Assembly: GCA_028695445.1 (NCBI GenBank)
Contig: JAQVIV010000001.1
Coordinates: 6,028 to 70,027 of the forward strand
DNA: 64,000 nt
Direction: 5' to 3'
Source: Candidatus Shapirobacteria bacterium
GTDB taxonomy: Bacteria > Patescibacteriota > Microgenomatia > 0-14-0-10-38-17
The notes beneath the pieces are model-generated. The model made no database searches. It was not told the DNA's origin and saw only the letters and a list, made by a program, of their open reading frames with translations. Of the stretch, positions 19,521 to 26,738 are shown in pieces. A program made the position numbers and the translations under genes. The stretch's first letter is position 1; each line of letters starts with the position of its first letter.

Positions 19521-20261
19521 CGCTATCCCTACCGGACAATGATCAGAGCCTAAAACTTTGGGTAAAATAAACGCTTCCTTAACTTTTTCTTTTAGGTCTT
19601 GGCTAACAAAACAATAGTCGATCCGCCAACCAATGTTTCTTTCTCTGGCCCTGGCAAAATAAGCCCAAAAAGAGTAATTGCCTCCCTCCTTATTAAAAAG
19701 TCGAAAAGTATCAACAAATCCTAAATCCAACAGCTGGTCGATCTTTTCTCTTTCTTTCGGGGTGAAACCGGTGTTATTTTTGTTCTCCACCGGCCTGGCC
19801 AAATCGATTGGCTGGTGGGCAATATTAAAATCGCCAATTAAAACTAAACTCTTCTTGTCCTTAATGTAAGAAAAAAGCCTATCATAAACTTTGAGCTTAT
19901 AGCCCATATCCTGCTTTTGCCGACCGCCGTTGGGTAAATATAAATTCATTATATTAAAGTTTTCAAATTCCAACTCTATTAACCGTCCCTCATTATCAAA
20001 ACGATCAAGGCCCAAGCTTTTGTTTGTTGACTTTGGCTCTTTTTTAGAATAAACGGCTGTACCGCTATAGCCGGCTCTTTTGGCCGGATTTAAAATTAAC
20101 TGATAGCCGGCCATTCGGAGAAGATTAGCTGGCAATTGATTTTCTTTGGCTTTAATTTCCTGAAGACCAATAATGTCTGGATTAATCGTCTTCAGGTTAG
20201 TTAAGAAGTCTTTTTGATAAATCGCCCGAAAACCATTAATGTTCCAAGAAATAATTTTCAT
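19506..20261 (-). CDS. xth: Exodeoxyribonuclease III
   Basis: SWNINGFR, LQEIK, GDFNIAH, GWRIDY, SDHCP. Confidence 0.95.
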   Translation of the reverse strand: MKIISWNINGFRAIYQKDFLTNLKTINPDIIGLQEIKAKENQLPANLLRMAGYQLILNPAKRAGYSGTAVYSKKEPKSTNKSLGLDRFDNEGRLIELEFENFNIMNLYLPNGGRQKQDMGYKLKVYDRLFSYIKDKKSLVLIGDFNIAHQPIDLARPVENKNNTGFTPKEREKIDQLLDLGFVDTFRLFNKEGGNYSFWAYFARARERNIGWRIDYCFVSQDLKEKVKEAFILPKVLGSDHCPVGIALELF

Positions 20262-20357
20262 GGGGATATTATATTCTCAGGATATTATGTTCGCTACGCT
20301 CATACCAGCCCCATCAGGCTGGAAGAAAATCAGTTACGATTTTCTTTGATGGCCTGA

Positions 20358-20383
20358 GTGGGTCAGGGTAGATTCGAACCGCC
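20358..20383 (-). pseudogene. tRNA 3'-end-like fragment (T arm plus acceptor strand)
   Basis: GGCGG-TTCGAAT-CTACC-CTGACCCAC on the minus strand; does not match the adjacent tRNA-Ile. Confidence 0.5.
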
Positions 20384-20412
20384 AAAACCTCGATTTTACC
20401 TGCCCGCCGTAC

Positions 20413-20487
20413 TGGTGCGCCTGCTTGGATTCGAACCAAGGACATCTACTTTATAAGAGTAGCGCTCTACCATTGAGCTACAGGCGC
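20413..20487 (-). tRNA. tRNA-Ile (TAT anticodon)
   Basis: GCGCCTG/CAGGCGC acceptor, CTACT-CTTATAA-AGTAG anticodon arm, CTTGG-TTCGAAT-CCAAG, encoded CCA. Confidence 0.92.
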
Positions 20488-20554
20488 GCTCTTGCCAACT
20501 AAAGTTACTGATCCCAAAAGATTAGTCCTTTATATTATACTCCACAAGATTGGA

Positions 20555-22897
20555 TCACAGCTTCGCCCGCCTGGCTACCTGGGCCTCTATTAGGGCCCTG
20601 TCTTGAGCATATTTGAGCCGAGATAACTCAGTAATATTTTTGGCCAATTCCCAATTATCAAGAGCCTTTTCTTTGGCCATATCTTTGGTCAAATCAAGAG
20701 AAAATGGCGGCACCGGCTCATTATTAACAATAGTTTTAACATAGGCATTAAATCTTTCGATATTTAAAAGGTCGTTTTCAGAAAAATCCGGTTGGAGCTC
20801 GTGTTGAAGATAAGAAGCATCGGCCACCCCTACTCGAAAAGAAACCAGAGTGCCGACATTGCCAAAAACAGCATTTTTAACCTCTTCGTCCATCTGGCCA
20901 ATAAATTGGTTGGCTACTGTCAGATTAAGGTGATACTTTCTAGCCTCAGATAAAATTTGGGCAAAATCGGGAGTAGCAAAATTCTGAAATTCATCAACAT
21001 AAAGATAAAAATCACGCCGGTTGTCTTCAGGAATATCCTGCCGACTCATGGCGGCAATTAACAATTTAGGAATTAATACCAAGCCCAAAAAGCTTGAATT
21101 TTCCTCACCGATTTTACCCTTAGCTAAATTAATCAACAAGATTTTACCCTCATCCATCACCTTTCTAAAATCAAAGGCTGATTGTGATTGGCCGATAATG
21201 TTGCGCATCATGCTGTCGGTAACAAAACGGCCAAATTTGGAAACAATATAATCTAAAACTTCACTCTTGTGAAAATCGCTAGTTTGGGCAATTTGATCAG
21301 TCCAATAGCGGCGAACCATCGGATCCTTAAGTTTGGGCAGTAATTCCCGAACATAAGAAGCGTCAGTCAGAGCACGAACCACCTCAACAAAAGTCGCTCC
21401 TGGCTCAGTCATCACCGTTAACATGGCATTTCTAATGGCATGTTCAAACCGAGGGCCAATAATACCAGTCTTATAAGGATCATAAAGCTTGTACATTAGG
21501 TTAATAATTGAAGAAACCACAAAGTTTTTTTGCTCCTCGGTGTAGGCCTCTAAAAGATTAAGGCCCATAGGGCGGCTGGTATCGGAAGGATCAAAATAAA
21601 TAACATCTTCTGCTCGTTCAGCCGGGATTCTCGGCAAAATCTTTTCGATAGTATCATGAGGATCAATAAAACAAACCCCCTTGCCTTCTTCGATGTCCTG
21701 AACGATCATTTGTTTTAATAACTCCGACTTACCGGTGCCGGTTTTACCAATAATATAAACATGGCGGCGGCGATCGTCTTCAGAAAGACAAACCGACCGG
21801 ATTTCGCCCCGATGAACGCTTTTCCCCAGATAAAGACCGCTTTTAGGTACTTCGGGCGGCACTGGAGCTCTTTTGGCATTAAGCCAAGCGATATTGGGTG
21901 TTTCCACCGTCTTATTGGGTAGATGAAAAATTGTTGCTAATTCTGCCGAATTAAGAATAATTCTATTTTTATTTAACGGCCAAAGCGGCCGATAGCGGTA
22001 AATAAAATCAATCATAAAGGTTCTTTTCCACCAAATTTTCTTACTGCTAAAACCGTTTTGATCAGAGCTAAACTGAGACAAGGCGCTTTTAATCGAAGAC
22101 AAATGAGCCTTGGCCTGCTCAATACTTTTCGAACAAACCACCACCCTTAACTCAACTTCAAAACCGGGCCTAGAACATTTTTCATCAATCTGCTCCAGGG
22201 TTTTACTATCAACTTTAAATTCGGCTTTTTCAGGATCAGCTTCCTTTTTCTTGGTCGATGATAAAAAAGACCGGCCCAGCTTTTGCCACTTGCTCCCGGT
22301 AGGGGCAATCAAAATTTGAATAGCAACCCCCTCCCCCTCAATAAGCTTGGATAGGGTTGAGGCTAAAGAAGAAAGAGGATCAACAGAAAAATCCTGATAG
22401 GTTTTAATGGGATAAAAGGGTGAATTTTTAAACTCAAAAACGGCATAGGCGACCTTACTGTCTTTGCTAAAAATATTGTATTCGTCTACCCTCTTAATCA
22501 CTGCCGTCGGGTAAAGACCATAAATCTGGCGCTCTAAAAGATCAACTTTTTTTTGAGGAATAGCAAAATAAAAGCGAATGCTGTCCTGAGTACCAACAAT
22601 TTCGGCGGTAAAAAAAAATTTAGGCTTTAAAAAGGCCAATTTGCCGCCAACTTTTAAGGAGTGTAGGTTGGTAAAGAGTTGTTCGGCGGCATCAATTTTA
22701 ATTTCATTGTCACGGGGCAAGATTACTTGCAGTAAAACCAAATCCAAGGAGTGTTGTTCCCGATTCCTTTCTCGCCAAAGCAAAAACAAGAAATAGATTA
22801 AAAATCCCAATAGAAACAAGAAAAAAACCGCCGCTCCTCCCAAGACAAAATAACGAATTAACAAATAAAATAAATCATTAAGGCTGTTAATAATCAT
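20555..22897 (-). CDS. VirB4/VirD4/HerA-like ATPase (DUF87/TraG-like) with N-terminal TM
   Basis: RRRHVYIIGKTGTGKS, IDPH, YVDEFQNF, SEARKY, ANQ motifs. Confidence 0.85.
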   Translation of the reverse strand: MIINSLNDLFYLLIRYFVLGGAAVFFLFLLGFLIYFLFLLWRERNREQHSLDLVLLQVILPRDNEIKIDAAEQLFTNLHSLKVGGKLAFLKPKFFFTAEIVGTQDSIRFYFAIPQKKVDLLERQIYGLYPTAVIKRVDEYNIFSKDSKVAYAVFEFKNSPFYPIKTYQDFSVDPLSSLASTLSKLIEGEGVAIQILIAPTGSKWQKLGRSFLSSTKKKEADPEKAEFKVDSKTLEQIDEKCSRPGFEVELRVVVCSKSIEQAKAHLSSIKSALSQFSSDQNGFSSKKIWWKRTFMIDFIYRYRPLWPLNKNRIILNSAELATIFHLPNKTVETPNIAWLNAKRAPVPPEVPKSGLYLGKSVHRGEIRSVCLSEDDRRRHVYIIGKTGTGKSELLKQMIVQDIEEGKGVCFIDPHDTIEKILPRIPAERAEDVIYFDPSDTSRPMGLNLLEAYTEEQKNFVVSSIINLMYKLYDPYKTGIIGPRFEHAIRNAMLTVMTEPGATFVEVVRALTDASYVRELLPKLKDPMVRRYWTDQIAQTSDFHKSEVLDYIVSKFGRFVTDSMMRNIIGQSQSAFDFRKVMDEGKILLINLAKGKIGEENSSFLGLVLIPKLLIAAMSRQDIPEDNRRDFYLYVDEFQNFATPDFAQILSEARKYHLNLTVANQFIGQMDEEVKNAVFGNVGTLVSFRVGVADASYLQHELQPDFSENDLLNIERFNAYVKTIVNNEPVPPFSLDLTKDMAKEKALDNWELAKNITELSRLKYAQDRALIEAQVARRAKL

Positions 22898-23289
22898 AGC
22901 TCGCTTTTGAAATTAACCTGATGGCCTAACATTTTAGTTACCCTCTTTGACCATTCTGATAACCAGCGCCAAGCCGACTCAATTGATTCTTTTAAACCGG
23001 CTCGATATTCAGTTAAAGTTAGGGGCAAAATAATCTTGGGGGGTTGGGCCTGAGGAGAAGTTACTATAATTTGGCCGGTTTGGTCATCCAAAACTTGATT
23101 AGTCAAAAAGTGATCTTCTTTTTCAATTTTTTCTAAATAACCATCCAGCTCTGGGGAGAGTTTTGGAAAATGACCAATTTCAATAATATTGGCCTTCTCC
23201 TCCCCAAGACTTTCTTGAGACAATCTTTGAGGCTCTCTTTCCTTGCTGGCAAAACCGGTTGGGCTAGTATCACCTGATGCCATCTTCAC
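22894..23289 (-). CDS. Hypothetical protein
   Basis: Overlaps the ATPase start (ATGA); LPLT...W.WLSEW C-terminal motif. Confidence 0.7.
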   Translation of the reverse strand: MKMASGDTSPTGFASKEREPQRLSQESLGEEKANIIEIGHFPKLSPELDGYLEKIEKEDHFLTNQVLDDQTGQIIVTSPQAQPPKIILPLTLTEYRAGLKESIESAWRWLSEWSKRVTKMLGHQVNFKSEL

Positions 23290-23330
23290 CTCATTGTAGC
23301 TTATCTTCCCAAGAAGATAAAGGGAAGGGG

Positions 23331-24059
23331 TTAAAAATCACCGCCTGCCTGAGGAATAATTGACTGGGCCGCCGCCAGCAAAGATCCAAGTTCTTGACCG
23401 GTAAAGGGAGGCAAACGATTAAACTTCTCGTCAAGACAATTTTGAGGAAGAAATTTTTGCAAACGCCAAACCAGGCTCTTGGGATTAATCTTATTTTTTA
23501 AAGCAAGACTTTTTATCTCTTTGGCCAAAAGGGTCAAATTTTTTGAATTATGAATTGTCGGCACCAGAGTCGTTCGCAATTGATAATCAAGACCGCTGGT
23601 GATAATTAAAGCCAAAGATTGAATAATTCTTTCATAACTAATTTTAGTTAACAAGGAATAATTTTTTTTATCTACTTTAATATCCATGGCAATAAAATCA
23701 ATCAACCTTTTACTGATTAAATCCTCTACCACCTCAGGCCTTCCGCCATTGGTATCCAGTTTTATTAAAAGGCCTTTATTTTTAATTTTTTGGCAAAAAG
23801 AAGCTAAATCCGGTTGAATGGTTGGTTCCCCACCGGTTAGGCAAACCCCATCTAAAATTTTTTGCCGTTTGTCTAAAAAATTAAAAAAATCCTTTTCCTT
23901 AATTTCTGATAAGGAAGACTTTTTAAATTTTTTTTTGAGAACCAGATCTTTATTATGGCAATAAGGACAAGAGAAGTTGCAGCCAACCGTAAAAATAGTG
24001 CAAGCCACCTTGCCGGGATAGTCGATTAAGGTTGTTTTCTGAAGACCACCTAGTAGCAT
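23331..24059 (-). CDS. nrdG: Anaerobic ribonucleotide reductase activating enzyme
   Basis: GCNFSCPYCHN, TGGEP, KLDTNG; in the nrdD operon. Confidence 0.92.
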   Translation of the reverse strand: MLLGGLQKTTLIDYPGKVACTIFTVGCNFSCPYCHNKDLVLKKKFKKSSLSEIKEKDFFNFLDKRQKILDGVCLTGGEPTIQPDLASFCQKIKNKGLLIKLDTNGGRPEVVEDLISKRLIDFIAMDIKVDKKNYSLLTKISYERIIQSLALIITSGLDYQLRTTLVPTIHNSKNLTLLAKEIKSLALKNKINPKSLVWRLQKFLPQNCLDEKFNRLPPFTGQELGSLLAAAQSIIPQAGGDF

Positions 24060-24085
24060 GAATAGAATTTCTAATTAGAACAATT

Positions 24086-24235
24086 TTATTTTCCGCTGTA
24101 CTCTTTCCTCATCTGATACTCGGACGCTTTGCCTTCGTTCCATTGGCTAACCGGACGCAAATAACCAACAATCCGGGAATAAACCTCGCAGGGGGTGCGA
24201 TCTTTTGGAGTTGCCTTGTTTTTCTTTTTAACCAT
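24086..24235 (-). CDS. Stand-alone NrdD glycyl-radical C-terminal peptide (49 aa, not in the ORF track)
   Basis: MVKKKNKATPKDRTPCEVYSRIVGYLRPVSQWNEGKASEYQMRKEYSGK; strong SD GAGGAGGTG upstream. Confidence 0.9.
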   Translation of the reverse strand: MVKKKNKATPKDRTPCEVYSRIVGYLRPVSQWNEGKASEYQMRKEYSGK

Positions 24236-24250
24236 AATTTCACCTCCTCG

Positions 24251-24484
24251 AAATTAGTATTTAGTATTTAGAATATAGTATATAGAGTTAAAAAAATTTT
24301 AATTTTTAATTCCTAATCTCTAACTTTCTGCCCAAAAAGAACAGGTGGTTCGCGCGATAAATTGCGCTATTCTATTAGAGAAAGATAAAATAGCGAATTT
24401 TAATTCGCGCATTTGACACGAACCGGAAATCCGCTACTACAAAACAATAAAGCAATTCAGCAATTTAACAGTTTAGCAATTTAG
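24251..24484. repeat. Stacked repeat elements between the two NrdD ORFs
   Basis: ttagtat heptamer array, long imperfect hairpin around CGCTATT/AATAGCG, caatttag-type octamer array. Confidence 0.65.
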
Positions 24485-26545
24485 CTACTTCTCCTTATAC
24501 CCTATTTCTTCGTCGCACCTAGGACAAAATTGCCACTCGCCTGACAAATAACCATGCTTTGGACAAACAGAAAAGGTTGGGGTAATGGAAAAATAAGGCA
24601 GTTTATAATTGGCTGTTACTTTTTGGAGCAGATTTTTAACGCTTTCGGTATCAGGCAAACTTTCCCCTAAAAAGCCATGGATGACAGTGCCACCCGTATA
24701 CTTACATTGTAATTCATCCTGATGATCCAGGGCCTCAAAAAGGTCGGTGGTGTAATCGACCGGCAAATGAGTCGAGTTGGTATAAAAAGGCGCTTCTTTC
24801 TTTTCTTGGTAATTTTTTTCATTAGCACAAATAATTTTGGGAAATTGCTCTTTATCCAGCCTGGCGAAACGATAGGCGGTGCTTTCCGCCGGTGTGGCTT
24901 CAAGATTAAACATTTCCCCAGTTTCTTGCTGGTAAATTAAAATTTTTTCCCGCATATAATCCATTACCTCTAAAGCAAAAGCTTGCCCTTCGGGGTCGGC
25001 AATATTTTTCCCCATCAAGTTAACCAAGGCCTCATTCATACCGTTTAAGCCAATGGTGTTAAAGTGGTTGCGCCAGTAAACTTTATTGCGCTGATAAATA
25101 TCAGATAAATAATGGCGGCAGTAGGGGTACAGGCCGTCGTGGGTAAATTTTTCCACCGCCTCTCTTTTAATTATCAGCGAATCTTTGGCCAAATCCATTA
25201 GACGGCCAAGGAGAGTAAAGAATTTTCTTTTGGCAAATCCCTCGGTTTTAGAGCTTGCTTTGGCCAAATAACCAATTCGAGGCAAGTTGATGGTAACCAC
25301 CCCCAAGGAACCGGTTAGGGGATTGGCAGCAAACAACCCGCCTCGCCGCCTTAATTCCCGATTATCTAAGCGCAAACGACAACACATACTTCGAGCATCG
25401 TCAGGATCCATATCAGAATTAACAAAATTAGAAAAATAGGGAATACCATATTTTCTGGTCATTTCCCAAACCGGCTCCAAATTTTTATTATTCCAATCGA
25501 AGTCCTTGGTAATTGAATAGGTTGGAATTGGGAAGGTAAAGACTCGCCCTTGAGCATCGCCCTCCATCATGGTTTCGGCAAAAGCTCGATTAATCATATC
25601 CATTTCTTTTTGAAAATCTTCATACTTATCTTGGGTTGGCTGGCCGGCAATAACAACCGTTTCCTCGCCGACCATTTTGGTAGGATGAATATCCAAAGAA
25701 ATATTGGAAAAGGGGGTTTGGAAGCCCACTCTGGTAGGAACATTCATATTAAAAACAAACTCTTGAAGAGCCTGTTTAACCTGTTTATAGGTTAGGTTGT
25801 CATAACGAACAAAAGGAGCCAAATAGGTATCAAAATTGGAGACTGCTACTGCTCCAGCCACCTCGCCTTGAATGGTATACATAAAATTAACAATCTGCCC
25901 TAGAGCCGAAGAAAGGTGCCTTGGAGGAGCACTGTTAACCTTGCCGGAAACGCCGCCAAATCCCTTAATTAAAAAGTCTTTTAAGTCCCAGCCGGTACAA
26001 TAGGCCGAAAGGGAAGACAAATCATGAATGTGAAGATCGCCTTGGCGATGAGCCTTTCTTACCTCTCGAGAATAAATTTTATTAAGCCAAAAATTGGCCG
26101 AAATTATACTGGCCACATGATTATTCAAGCCCTGTAAAGAATAGGTCATGTTGGCATTCTCCTTTACTCGCCAGTCGCCCTGATTAAGATATTTTTCTGT
26201 TAACTCATCGGCATCGACCAAACTGCTAACGCTTCTTAATTTTTGGTGAAGCTGACGATAAAGGGTGTAGGCGCTATGGACTTCTTCGTGAGCACGCCTT
26301 AATAGAGTCTGCTCAACAATATCTTGAACCTGTTCTACCTCGGGAGTAATGGAAGAATTAAACCGCTTCTCAAGTTCTAAAACCACCTCTTTGGTTAGGC
26401 GGCGAACCTCTTGAACATCATCTTTACCGGCAGCCTTAAAAGCGGCCTTAATCGCCCTTCCAATCTTATTAGGACTAAAGGCCACTATCCGGCCATTTCT
26501 TTTTTTGATCCTGGTAATTTTTGATTTTATTCCTCCTCTAACCAT
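24485..26545 (-). CDS. nrdD: Class III anaerobic ribonucleoside-triphosphate reductase, lacking the Gly-radical tail
   Basis: N-terminal ATP cone, HIHDL, AYC, SMCCRL, EATPAE, YTGGT, CxxH...CxxC then stop. Confidence 0.95.
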   Translation of the reverse strand: MVRGGIKSKITRIKKRNGRIVAFSPNKIGRAIKAAFKAAGKDDVQEVRRLTKEVVLELEKRFNSSITPEVEQVQDIVEQTLLRRAHEEVHSAYTLYRQLHQKLRSVSSLVDADELTEKYLNQGDWRVKENANMTYSLQGLNNHVASIISANFWLNKIYSREVRKAHRQGDLHIHDLSSLSAYCTGWDLKDFLIKGFGGVSGKVNSAPPRHLSSALGQIVNFMYTIQGEVAGAVAVSNFDTYLAPFVRYDNLTYKQVKQALQEFVFNMNVPTRVGFQTPFSNISLDIHPTKMVGEETVVIAGQPTQDKYEDFQKEMDMINRAFAETMMEGDAQGRVFTFPIPTYSITKDFDWNNKNLEPVWEMTRKYGIPYFSNFVNSDMDPDDARSMCCRLRLDNRELRRRGGLFAANPLTGSLGVVTINLPRIGYLAKASSKTEGFAKRKFFTLLGRLMDLAKDSLIIKREAVEKFTHDGLYPYCRHYLSDIYQRNKVYWRNHFNTIGLNGMNEALVNLMGKNIADPEGQAFALEVMDYMREKILIYQQETGEMFNLEATPAESTAYRFARLDKEQFPKIICANEKNYQEKKEAPFYTNSTHLPVDYTTDLFEALDHQDELQCKYTGGTVIHGFLGESLPDTESVKNLLQKVTANYKLPYFSITPTFSVCPKHGYLSGEWQFCPRCDEEIGYKEK

Positions 26546-26738
26546 CTATACCACCAAAAACACCCTTTCCAAAAATTAATAAGATAAAAAGGGCCAATTT
26601 ATGGCCTATTTTGCCGGGGCAGGCAACCTCTTGTCAGTTCCATTTACTAGCAGGAACTGATCTTTTGGGGTCTTTGATAATAATCATTAAAGATCATCTT
26701 CACCTCTTGTGTCAACCACCAATTTCTGTATCAAAATA

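Noticed and set aside
20268-20295. dif-like site (TTATGTT arm) near the Xer-like gene
   Set aside because: The left arm does not resemble a XerC site; the region is explained by the xth -10 box
18167-22897. Integrative conjugative element (recombinase + VirB4-like + tRNAs)
   Set aside because: Interleaved with core genes (ftsB-like, xth); no relaxase and no flanking direct repeats around the block
24086-24487. nrdD frameshift pseudogene or group I intron
   Set aside because: The downstream ORF has its own SD, ATG and N-terminal extension; no intron core motifs recognised
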